Positions 40,287 to 48,840 of a stretch of 64,000 nt of DNA are shown piece after piece. The first letter of the stretch is position 1. Each line of letters starts with the position of its first letter. This DNA is from Gammaproteobacteria bacterium (GTDB taxonomy: Bacteria; Pseudomonadota; Gammaproteobacteria; CAJXQU01), in assembly GCA_965238175.1 (NCBI GenBank), contig CBDEGZ010000003.1, forward strand, positions 2,720,001-2,784,000, given 5' to 3'. A program made the translations under genes and the position numbers. The notes beneath the pieces are model-generated. The model was not told the DNA's origin. It made no database searches and saw nothing but the letters and a program-made list of their open reading frames with translations.

Positions 40287-40326
40287 GCACAAGGTTTAAA
40301 AGCATCTTAAATAATATAAAAAATGA

Positions 40327-41292
40327 TCAAAAATGCTGATAACCTGTACTTTTAATGCCATGCAAAGAACCATCTTTTGATACACACCGTAAGCCTGGTT
40401 TAGATTCTATAACACCAATTTTGGCGATCTGACAAATTGTCCGTAACTCTTCAAGCTGATCCTTTTTATCTGCAGGCACTGTAAAGCATAATTCGTAATC
40501 ATCACCACCAGATAAAGCCAGATCCCAGCCAATATCAACCGCTTTTTCGAGTTCCATTTCTAATTCTGCACATAATGCCAATGATAAGGGGATCTGATCA
40601 ATATCTAGCTGAGCACCAACACCACTAGCAGATAATATATGTGTTAAATCAGCAACTAAACCATCTGATATATCAATTGCACTACTGGCAATATTTCGTA
40701 AACAAAGCCCAGCTTCTACTCGCGGTATCGGTCGAGTCAAACGTTCTTTTAACCACAAGCTGTTTTTAGTACTCGCTGACCAAAATTTTAGACCGGCGGC
40801 GGCATCGCCCAATGTTCCAGTGACATAAACCAAATCTCCCACGCTCGCACCAGACCGAGTTAGCCATTCCTGATCAGGAATAAAACCAAAAGCTTGAATG
40901 GTAATACTCAGCGGTCCTCGGGTTGTATCACCACCGATCAACTGAACATTATAGTCTTTAGCTAAACCAAAAAGTCCCGATGCAAAAGCTTTCAACCAAG
41001 TCTGGTTTGATTCGGGTATCGTCAAGGCCAGCGTTATCCAGGCAGGCTCTGCTCCCATTGCTGCAAGATCGCTTAAATTGATAGCTAGTGCACGATAACC
41101 AATGTCGCGAGGTTTCATATCGATTGGAAAATGCACGCCGGCAATCATCGTATCTGTGGTGATAGCTAATTTTGATCCGCTTGGGACATTTACTAATGCC
41201 GCATCATCACCCATTCCCAAGCAAACATCTTGTCTATCAGTTATCTGTTGTTGAAAAATTTGCTGAATGATTTCGAACTCTGAGAGAGACAT
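40327..41292 (-). CDS. thiL: Thiamine-phosphate kinase
   Basis: GDDAA, NLSDLAAMGA, GGDTT, DISDGL, GGDDYELCFT, GYQHF. Confidence 0.97.
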   Translation of the reverse strand: MSLSEFEIIQQIFQQQITDRQDVCLGMGDDAALVNVPSGSKLAITTDTMIAGVHFPIDMKPRDIGYRALAINLSDLAAMGAEPAWITLALTIPESNQTWLKAFASGLFGLAKDYNVQLIGGDTTRGPLSITIQAFGFIPDQEWLTRSGASVGDLVYVTGTLGDAAAGLKFWSASTKNSLWLKERLTRPIPRVEAGLCLRNIASSAIDISDGLVADLTHILSASGVGAQLDIDQIPLSLALCAELEMELEKAVDIGWDLALSGGDDYELCFTVPADKKDQLEELRTICQIAKIGVIESKPGLRCVSKDGSLHGIKSTGYQHF

Positions 41293-41294
41293 GT

Positions 41295-41738
41295 TCAGGA
41301 AGCCTTGATCTCCATTTTCCTGAGATTTTTTGCCAACTTATCAAGTGAACCGTTGATAAATTTGTAGCTATCCGTGGCACCAAACATTTTAGCGAGTTCC
41401 ACCGCTTCGTTGACAACTACTTTGTAAGGAATTTCAAGACATTTTGCCAATTCATAACAACCTATCATTAGGACTGAGAACTCAACAGGATCAAGTGCAT
41501 CTAACTCTTTATCAATAACGGATGAAAGATGTTGTTTTAATTCTTCAGCATGCTCAGGAATTTCAATCGTCAGTTGCTTGAAATAATTCATATCAACCTT
41601 GATCAATTCTCGCTCTGCTACGAATTCCGTCAAAATATCTTTTGGATTCTGCCCTGCTAGTTGCCACTGATATAAGGCCTGGACAACACAACGCCTGGCA
41701 CGCACTCGACCACGAATTGAAGAATGATTATTAGACAA
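41295..41738 (-). CDS. nusB: Transcription antitermination factor NusB
   Basis: RVRARRCVVQALYQW, VVVNEAVELAKMFG, FINGSLD; TTG 41738 preferred because the longer ORF starts inside a repeat. Confidence 0.93.
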   Translation of the reverse strand: MSNNHSSIRGRVRARRCVVQALYQWQLAGQNPKDILTEFVAERELIKVDMNYFKQLTIEIPEHAEELKQHLSSVIDKELDALDPVEFSVLMIGCYELAKCLEIPYKVVVNEAVELAKMFGATDSYKFINGSLDKLAKNLRKMEIKAS

Positions 41739-41743
41739 AACTT

Positions 41744-41905
41744 GGGAACCTCTGATTAATTCTGGACAGGTCAGACTGAGAGTCAAAATAATCAAAGTCA
41801 AGGCGCAAAGCGCAAGTGATAGTGGTTCTATTACTCAGTTTTGCAACGCTGAATTTGATTATTTGGGACTCAAGCTGACCGTTCATGTATTAATCAGTGG
41901 CTCCC
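41744..41905. mobile_element. MITE-like element, copy 2 (GGGAAC...CCC family)
   Basis: GGGAACCTCTGATTAAT ... ATTAATCAGTGGCTCCC followed by TTA; homologous to 17043-17201. Confidence 0.8.
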
Positions 41906-42382
41906 TTAGGTTAACTTCCGAAACAGAGATACCATTTCGATGGCTGTTTGCGCTGCATCCGCGCCTTTGTTACCTGCTTTTGTTCCTGCTCTTTCAATCG
42001 CTTGTTCAATTGTATCGCACGTCAACACACCAAATATGACGGGTAATTCATGTCGAGTACTGGCATTTGAGACTCCTTTTGCACACTCTCCTGATACATA
42101 ATCAAAATGCGGTGTTGCACCTTTGATCACAGCACCAAGTGTAATAATTGCATCAAAATTTCCACTGCTAGCTAGCCTTTCAGCAATCACAGGTAGTTCA
42201 AAAGCACCCGGTGCTTTAACAACTGTAATATCAGTTGATTTCACACCATACTGTTTTAATGTGTCGACACAACCACTCAATAACGCGTCGACAATAAAAC
42301 TGTTAAAACGGGTTGAGATCACACCGAACCGTGCCTTTTCTGGTAATTGCAATGTGCCTTCAATCAGTCGGTAATCTTCCAT
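41906..42382 (-). CDS. ribH: 6,7-dimethyl-8-ribityllumazine synthase
   Basis: [37 protein letters not shown]. Confidence 0.97.
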   Translation of the reverse strand: MEDYRLIEGTLQLPEKARFGVISTRFNSFIVDALLSGCVDTLKQYGVKSTDITVVKAPGAFELPVIAERLASSGNFDAIITLGAVIKGATPHFDYVSGECAKGVSNASTRHELPVIFGVLTCDTIEQAIERAGTKAGNKGADAAQTAIEMVSLFRKLT

Positions 42383-42422
42383 AGTATTCTCTAAATAATT
42401 GGTTAGTGCGTGATTCTAACCC

Positions 42423-43523
42423 TTATGATACATATTCGACAATTTCTAAACCAAAGCCGGAAATAGAATGAATTCGTTTTGGTGCACTCAATACACGCAT
42501 TTTCTTAACACCCACATCTGCGAGAATTTGTGCTCCCAAACCGATTACGCGTAAATCTTCCGTTTCGGTTTTAATTCGTATGACCTTTTCTTCAGTATGA
42601 TGATTTCTGATCTGATTGATCATGTCTTCAGTAGAAACCTGATTCCGCAGGATAACCACAACGCCACTTTCTTCATTCGCAACACGTTGCAAAGCATCAC
42701 GTAATGGCCAGCCAAGTTCCGGATCAAGGTTGCCAGTCAGATCACCAATAGGATTCTCTATATGAACCCGTACTAGAGTTTGATCATTTTCTTTAATCTC
42801 ACCTTTCACCATCGCCATATGAAAACTACCATCGATAGTATCTTGATAAGTAGTAAGCTGGAATTCACCGAATTCCGTCTCTATTGGACATTCTGCTACG
42901 CGTTCAACAGTTTTTTCATTCTGTACTCTGAATTCGATCAAATCTGCAATCGTACCTAATTTCAAACCATGTTTTTCAGCAATAATTTCCAGATCGGCCC
43001 GGCGCGCCATGGTGCCGTCTTCATTCATTATTTCAACGATAACCGCAGCAGGTTCAAGCCCGGCAAGCCCAGCAAGATCACACCCTGCTTCAGTATGTCC
43101 TGCTCGCGTTAATACGCCACCAGGTTGAGCCATGACTGGGAAGATATGCCCCGGCTGATGTATATCTGATGGTTGAGCATCCGGATTAATTGCGGCAGTG
43201 ACGGTTGTCGCTCGATCTGCAGCAGAGATCCCGGTTGTTACTCCTTCGGCAGCCTCAATCGAAACGGTAAAGTTCGTCCCCTGGCCTGAAGAGTTGCTCT
43301 GAACCATCAGCGGCAGTTGTAATTGCTCGCAACGTTTCTGCTCTAATGTAAGACAAATCAATCCCCGTCCATGCATCGCCATAAAGTTAATATTTTCTGC
43401 TTTGACACAGCTCGCAGGCATAACAAAATCACCTTCGTTCTCGCGTTGCTCGTCATCAACAATAATAACCATTCGTCCTTGACGAAATTCTTCGATGATT
43501 TCTTCAGTTGTCGCAAATTTCAT
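42423..43523 (-). CDS. ribB: DHBP synthase fused to a degenerate GTP cyclohydrolase II domain (RibBX type)
   Basis: [23 protein letters not shown]; C-terminal VRVH lacks the downstream Zn-binding cysteines. Confidence 0.9.
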   Translation of the reverse strand: MKFATTEEIIEEFRQGRMVIIVDDEQRENEGDFVMPASCVKAENINFMAMHGRGLICLTLEQKRCEQLQLPLMVQSNSSGQGTNFTVSIEAAEGVTTGISAADRATTVTAAINPDAQPSDIHQPGHIFPVMAQPGGVLTRAGHTEAGCDLAGLAGLEPAAVIVEIMNEDGTMARRADLEIIAEKHGLKLGTIADLIEFRVQNEKTVERVAECPIETEFGEFQLTTYQDTIDGSFHMAMVKGEIKENDQTLVRVHIENPIGDLTGNLDPELGWPLRDALQRVANEESGVVVILRNQVSTEDMINQIRNHHTEEKVIRIKTETEDLRVIGLGAQILADVGVKKMRVLSAPKRIHSISGFGLEIVEYVS

Positions 43524-43687
43524 AATGAGTAATCTGTCACAGTTAATTAGCGGATTATAACCGACCTGCCAGATTTATTGTGAACCTATTCTCAAATCTG
43601 TATGCAAATTAGTTCAACCATAAAACCATTCTCGCCTTACTAAGTCACAACCATCGACGACAACGTAAAAACAAAATGGAGGAAATA

Positions 43688-44167
43688 ATGAAATCACAGA
43701 AAATATACATGATTAGCACTGGGGTTATTACATTAGTAACGCTAGCGAGTCTTAGTGCTTGTGGTCACACAAAGTTTGATCGAGGAACAGGTGGTGCGAT
43801 GGTCGGTACAGCCACCGGCGCAGCAGTTGGAGCAGTTACTGGAATAACCATAGCGCAAGGTGCTCTTCTTGGTGCAACAAGTGGTGCCATTGTCGGGTTA
43901 GCGACTGATTCAAATCAAATTAATCTTGGTAAACCTTTCTGGCGAGATAATGCTTCGGAAAATTTATACAAACCAAAAAGTAAACACCATAGCTTTGTCA
44001 GGCAAATTCAATCTGCACTTGCCGCAAAAGGCTATCACCCGGGCCCCTCTGATGGCATAGCAGGAAGACAAACACGAAAAGCGATCCGTGCTTATCAACG
44101 GGATAATGGCTTATTAGTTAATGGACAAGCAAGTCCACAATTGGCTTCTCACATCAAGGGTTATTAG
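43688..44167 (+). CDS. Lipoprotein with glycine zipper and peptidoglycan-binding domain
   Basis: GGAGG RBS, lipobox LSAC, GGAMVGTATGAAVG, GYHPGPSDGIAGRQTRKAIRAYQ. Confidence 0.85.
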   Translation: MKSQKIYMISTGVITLVTLASLSACGHTKFDRGTGGAMVGTATGAAVGAVTGITIAQGALLGATSGAIVGLATDSNQINLGKPFWRDNASENLYKPKSKHHSFVRQIQSALAAKGYHPGPSDGIAGRQTRKAIRAYQRDNGLLVNGQASPQLASHIKGY

Positions 44168-44239
44168 CTCAGAACTATCAGCAAACAATCAAGAAAACAT
44201 ACATGGAAAAATAACTTGATTTAACCCAAAATTTAACTA

Positions 44240-44375
44240 AACCTCAGGTGCGCATAAGAATATATTCTTTAAGATCAATATTTCAAAAACGACTTAGTAT
44301 GATAGTGAGTTTCATATCTATTTGTTTTTGTTGAACAATATATTTCCCCGTCTCTTCTTATGCAAACCTCAGGTT
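44240..44375. repeat. Inverted-repeat-bounded element (MITE-like)
   Basis: AACCTCAGGTGCGCATAAGAA / TTCTTATGCAAACCTCAGGTT, 18/21 complementary. Confidence 0.55.
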
Positions 44376-44392
44376 AATTTAGAAGTCTCAAT

Positions 44393-44851
44393 CTATTTTT
44401 CAAAACCATGATCAATTTCTAATGAAATAATATGATCTTCAAGATCATCCGCTTCATCTTCAGGAACCGCCCAACCACCAATAGCAATACCTGCTTTTGA
44501 AACGCTATCAGGATCACCACTAACTAAAGGGTGCCAGGGATAAAGATCTTTGCCTTCGGATAATAATCGGTAAGCGCAGGTTGATGGAAACCAGGAAAAA
44601 ACCTCAGGCTTTTCGGGTGACATGGTGATGCAATCAGGAACCAGCATTGATCGATTTTTGTAATCGGTGCAACGACAGGTTTTGTGATCCAATAATTTGC
44701 AGGCAACTTCGGTATAAAATAATTCACCAGTATCCTCATCTTCCAGCTTAAATAAACAACACCGGGCACAGCCATCACATAATGATTCCCATTCTTGCAT
44801 ATTCATTTCTGTAAGCTTCTTCGTCTTCCAGAAAGGTAATTCTTCACTCAC
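44393..44851 (-). CDS. ycgN: YcgN-family cysteine-cluster protein
   Basis: FWKTKKL..EWESLCDGCARCC, CKLLD, TCAYR, WHPLVSG. Confidence 0.9.
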   Translation of the reverse strand: MSEELPFWKTKKLTEMNMQEWESLCDGCARCCLFKLEDEDTGELFYTEVACKLLDHKTCRCTDYKNRSMLVPDCITMSPEKPEVFSWFPSTCAYRLLSEGKDLYPWHPLVSGDPDSVSKAGIAIGGWAVPEDEADDLEDHIISLEIDHGFEK

Positions 44852-45507
44852 AACAAAAAACCTGTACGAGCGAGTAGTTCGGCTGTGATTCCTGGCATCG
44901 CTTCATCACTCTCTTCACTCTTCAGAATCAACCTCTCAAGATAACGAGCAATAATATCAACCTCAATATTAACCTTATGACCAACCGCATAATCACTGAA
45001 AATAGTTTCCTGTAAGGTATGAGGAATGATCTGCAAACTAAACTCATCACCATTCACATGATTAACAGTCAGACTTACGCCATCCACACAAACCGAGCCT
45101 TTGTGAGCAATATATTTCGCCAGAGCTTCTGGAACTCGAATACTAAAACGGGTGGACCGACCTTCGGTCACGCGCTGTGTGATTTTACCTAAACCATCGA
45201 TATGACCAGAAACAAGATGGCCTCCCAAACGATCAGACAATTGCATGGCTCGTTCCAGATTAACAGCCGAACCCGCTTTTAGTCCCCCAAGTGTCGTTAA
45301 CGCAAGCGACTCACGCGAGACATCAACCGAGAAACTGCTCTGATCAAAAGCGACCACTGTCATACATGCGCCGTTAATGCTGATACTTTCGCCCATTTCG
45401 ACATCGTCGAATAGCATATTTCCTACATTAACTTTTAAACGTGAATCCATCTTGCTGGATTTGATCGTCACTATATTCCCTACGGATTGGATAATTCCTG
45501 TAAACAT
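44848..45507 (-). CDS. ribE: Riboflavin synthase
   Basis: MFTGII, VNLERAM, GGHLVSGHIDG, DGVSLTVN. Confidence 0.97.
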   Translation of the reverse strand: MFTGIIQSVGNIVTIKSSKMDSRLKVNVGNMLFDDVEMGESISINGACMTVVAFDQSSFSVDVSRESLALTTLGGLKAGSAVNLERAMQLSDRLGGHLVSGHIDGLGKITQRVTEGRSTRFSIRVPEALAKYIAHKGSVCVDGVSLTVNHVNGDEFSLQIIPHTLQETIFSDYAVGHKVNIEVDIIARYLERLILKSEESDEAMPGITAELLARTGFLL

Positions 45508-45519
45508 ACTTAATCGTAC

Positions 45520-46602
45520 TCAGATAATGTTAGCTATAATTCGAATGTCCTTATCAATTTTCTTCATTCCCTGAATGTCTAATTGTACACAATCAGCCAG
45601 TTTTTCCAGCCCTGTTAATTCAAGTAATGGTTTTGCCGCACCACCCAGGAGTTTAGGTGCAAGATAAATGATCAATTCATCGACTAAACCAGCTTGAATA
45701 AAAGCACCTGAAAGTATTGATCCTGCTTCAACTAATACTTCATTTATTTCTTTCTCAGCCAGCTTTCGCATGGCCTTTTCCAAATCAACTTTTTGATCGG
45801 AATTAGAATCAATTTGGATGATGTTTTTTTGATCTATTTCCTTAGTCGTCATGACTAAGGTTTCACCCGGCAGTTCGCACATTTTTGAATTCAAAGGAAA
45901 ACGATTATGCGAATCTAAAACGACTCTTAAAGGATATCGTCCTGCCATATCCAATTCTGGATCGCGTACATTCAACGAAGGATCATCAGCCAATACCGTT
46001 TCGATACCGGTGACAATAGCAGAACTTCTGGCCCGCCATTTCTGTACATCATTACGTGAAGTTTCGCTGGTAATCCATTGGCTTTCACCAGAGGCCATCG
46101 CCGTTCTTCCATCAAGACTAGCACCAATTTTTATCCGAATAAAAGGCAATCCTGTCTTCATCCGTTTAATAAAACCTGGGTTCAATCCTTCCGCCTGTTC
46201 TGTGCAAATTCCTGATGTGACTTTTATGCCTGCTTTTTCAAGAGCCGCGCTCCCCTTTCCAGCAACTAAAGGATTTGGATCATTCATTGCAATAAAGACT
46301 TCGCTAACTCCAGCCTCGATCAAAGCATCTGTACACGGTGGTGTTTTTCCATGATGACAACAAGGCTCCAAAGTCACATAACAAGTCGCGTCCTTTGCTA
46401 CTGCACCTGCTTGTTCTAACGCATTAACTTCCGCATGTCCTTCACCACTTTTTCGATGATAACCTTCACTAATAATCTGATCATTTTTAACCAAAACACA
46501 GCCCACTCTTGGGTTTGGATGCGATGTAAGCAAACCCTTCCTCGCTAATTGAATAGCGCGGTTCATATATTTTTGATGTGAATTAGGATGTTGCTCGTTC
46601 AT
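45520..46602 (-). CDS. ribD: Bifunctional riboflavin deaminase/reductase
   Basis: PNPRVG, HAE, TLEPCCHHGKTPPC, SLDGRTA..SQWIT. Confidence 0.97.
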   Translation of the reverse strand: MNEQHPNSHQKYMNRAIQLARKGLLTSHPNPRVGCVLVKNDQIISEGYHRKSGEGHAEVNALEQAGAVAKDATCYVTLEPCCHHGKTPPCTDALIEAGVSEVFIAMNDPNPLVAGKGSAALEKAGIKVTSGICTEQAEGLNPGFIKRMKTGLPFIRIKIGASLDGRTAMASGESQWITSETSRNDVQKWRARSSAIVTGIETVLADDPSLNVRDPELDMAGRYPLRVVLDSHNRFPLNSKMCELPGETLVMTTKEIDQKNIIQIDSNSDQKVDLEKAMRKLAEKEINEVLVEAGSILSGAFIQAGLVDELIIYLAPKLLGGAAKPLLELTGLEKLADCVQLDIQGMKKIDKDIRIIANII

Positions 46603-46679
46603 TCCGACAGTTTGCTGTGGCTTGTAAAAAGGATCAAGCCATAGTTGATAGCTAATTGCTTATAAGTAATCATTCATAA

Positions 46680-47201
46680 CTAATCGCGTTTTCCTTTACG
46701 CTTTTCAGCGGGAATAAGATCAAGTTGATCTTTTTTTACTTCAGGTGGTAATTCTTTTTCGAGGCTTTCAATTTCATCGAGAAATGCACGTACATCTTCA
46801 AAACTTCGGTAGACAGAAGCGAAACGAACATAGGCAACTTGATCCAGTCTCCGCAATTGTTCCATCACCCAATCACCTACTTTCTGTGAATCTACTTCGC
46901 GTTCACCACTCTCACGTAAATGCCGCTTTATTCGCTCTATGGATATTTCAACCGCATCCATTTCGACGGGACGTTTTTCGAGTGCTCGCAATAAACCAGC
47001 GCGTAGCTTGCCTTCTATGAATGCTTCACGACGACCGTCAGATTTGACGATACGTGGAAGACTAAGCTCAGCCGATTCGTAGGTAGTGAAACGCTCTTTG
47101 CAATCTGTACATTCACGACGACGTCTAATTTGATCACCTTCGCTGGCATCGCGTGAATCTATAACTCTAGTATCAGGTTCAGTGCAAAAAGGACAACGCA
47201 T
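46680..47201 (-). CDS. nrdR: Transcriptional repressor NrdR
   Basis: [26 protein letters not shown]. Confidence 0.98.
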   Translation of the reverse strand: MRCPFCTEPDTRVIDSRDASEGDQIRRRRECTDCKERFTTYESAELSLPRIVKSDGRREAFIEGKLRAGLLRALEKRPVEMDAVEISIERIKRHLRESGEREVDSQKVGDWVMEQLRRLDQVAYVRFASVYRSFEDVRAFLDEIESLEKELPPEVKKDQLDLIPAEKRKGKRD

Positions 47202-47261
47202 GATTTGTTTTCTTTAATTTGTTTTTTATATTCGTATTCTGAATTTCGGGACATTCAGATC

Positions 47262-47301
47262 AAAAAAACCGCAAGGGCATCAATAAGACATCCTTGCGGT
47301 T
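47262..47301 (-). terminator. Rho-independent terminator after glyA
   Basis: AACCGCAAGG...CCTTGCGGTT followed by a T-run on the minus strand. Confidence 0.8.
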
Positions 47302-47325
47302 GATCAAAAACACAACTAATTGTTC

Positions 47326-48579
47326 TTACTGCTCGTACAAAGGCAATTTTGCACAAAGTTCAAGTACTTCACTCTTAACGCGAGCGATCGTCGCTTCATC
47401 ACCCATGTTATCCATAATGTCACAGATCCAGGTTGCAACTTGTGCTGCATCTGCTTCTTTAAAGCCACGCGTTGTAATTGAAGGCGTACCAATTCGAATA
47501 CCACTGGTTACAAAAGGAGATTGTGGATCATTTGGAACCGCATTTTTGTTAACGGTGATATTTGCGCTACTTAATGCAGCATCCACTTCTTTACCGGTCA
47601 GACCTTTTTCAATCATGTCGACTAGGAAAAGATGATTATCAGTTCCACCTGAAACAATTTTCAAACCACGAGCAAGAAAAACATCAACCATTGCATTGGC
47701 ATTTTTCTTAACTTGTTGAATGTACGTTTTGAATTCAGGTTCCATACACTCTTTGAAAGCCACGGCTTTAGCCGCGATTGTGTGCATGTGTGGTCCACCT
47801 TGATAGGCAGGGAAAACCATGAAATTGATTTTCTTCTGGATATCTTCGTTAGCTTTACCCATGATGATACCTGAGCGTGGGCCTCGGAGTGTTTTATGAG
47901 TAGTAGATGTCGTGATATCTGCAATACCTACTGGGCTTGGGTATTCACCCGTTGCGACTAAACCAGCAACGTGGGCAATGTCAGCCACCATGATGGCGCC
48001 GACTTTGTCACAGATATCACGGAAACGCTGCCAGTCCCATTCACGTGAATAAGCAGAGAAACCCGTCCAGATCATTTTTGGCTTATGTTCAAGCCCTAAT
48101 GCTTCAGCTTGATCATAATCAACAACACCGTTGTCATCTAAGCCATATTGCACAGCATTAAAAACACGACCTGAAACGTTAACATGTGCACCATGCGTTA
48201 AATGTCCACCATGAGCAAGGCTCAAACCCATAATCGTGTCCCCAGCTTCTAATAGCGCAAGGTAAACTGCACCATTTGCTTGTGAGCCTGAGTGAGGTTG
48301 AACGTTCGCCCAATCTGCACCAAATAATTTACAGGCTCGATCTATTGCTAGCTGTTCTACAACATCAACATACTCACAACCACCATAGTAGCGTTTGCCA
48401 GGATAACCCTCGGCATATTTATTCGTCAGAACCGAACCCTGACATTCCAGAACACGTGGGCTGGTCATATTTTCAGAAGCGATCAATTCGATATCTTCTT
48501 CCTGACGCTTCCTTTCCCCTTCCATTGCTGCATATAGCTCTGGATCAAAACCTTCCACCTTCATATCTTTCGTAAACAT
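47326..48579 (-). CDS. glyA: Serine hydroxymethyltransferase
   Basis: [40 protein letters not shown]. Confidence 0.98.
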   Translation of the reverse strand: MFTKDMKVEGFDPELYAAMEGERKRQEEDIELIASENMTSPRVLECQGSVLTNKYAEGYPGKRYYGGCEYVDVVEQLAIDRACKLFGADWANVQPHSGSQANGAVYLALLEAGDTIMGLSLAHGGHLTHGAHVNVSGRVFNAVQYGLDDNGVVDYDQAEALGLEHKPKMIWTGFSAYSREWDWQRFRDICDKVGAIMVADIAHVAGLVATGEYPSPVGIADITTSTTHKTLRGPRSGIIMGKANEDIQKKINFMVFPAYQGGPHMHTIAAKAVAFKECMEPEFKTYIQQVKKNANAMVDVFLARGLKIVSGGTDNHLFLVDMIEKGLTGKEVDAALSSANITVNKNAVPNDPQSPFVTSGIRIGTPSITTRGFKEADAAQVATWICDIMDNMGDEATIARVKSEVLELCAKLPLYEQ

Positions 48580-48806
48580 TGGGTAAAGTCTCCCATTTAA
48601 ATTAAAAACTTACATAAAACCGAATGACCGTTCTCTACAATTACGCAAATGTTTAGATAAAACGGCCTACATACAAACCATATCACCAGAGAAAACAACC
48701 AGGAGTTAGCATCGAACTAAATCTAGAATATCAAATATTACAGCGTTGTTATAGATATTCTCTAACATTATATAAGTAAAAAAATATAACTACTCGCAAA
48801 CTTAAC

Positions 48807-48833
48807 TCAAGAAATATCTATAAATGTCGCTAT
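48807..48833 (+). promoter_or_regulatory. Sigma-28-type promoter of cyaA (likely leaderless)
   Basis: TCAAGAAA-N11-GTCGCTAT ending 7 nt before ATG 48841; no Shine-Dalgarno. Confidence 0.6.
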
Positions 48834-48840
48834 ACAACGT

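Noticed and set aside
41739-41801. N-terminal extension of nusB
   Set aside because: Lies almost entirely inside the MITE-like element and has no NusB similarity
43524-43687. FMN riboswitch upstream of ribB
   Set aside because: No AGGGCGGGG/GAAATTCCC-type conserved RFN segments seen on the minus strand
48580-48806. ZTP or glycine riboswitch upstream of glyA
   Set aside because: AT-rich region without the conserved motifs of either family; an Infernal scan would settle it
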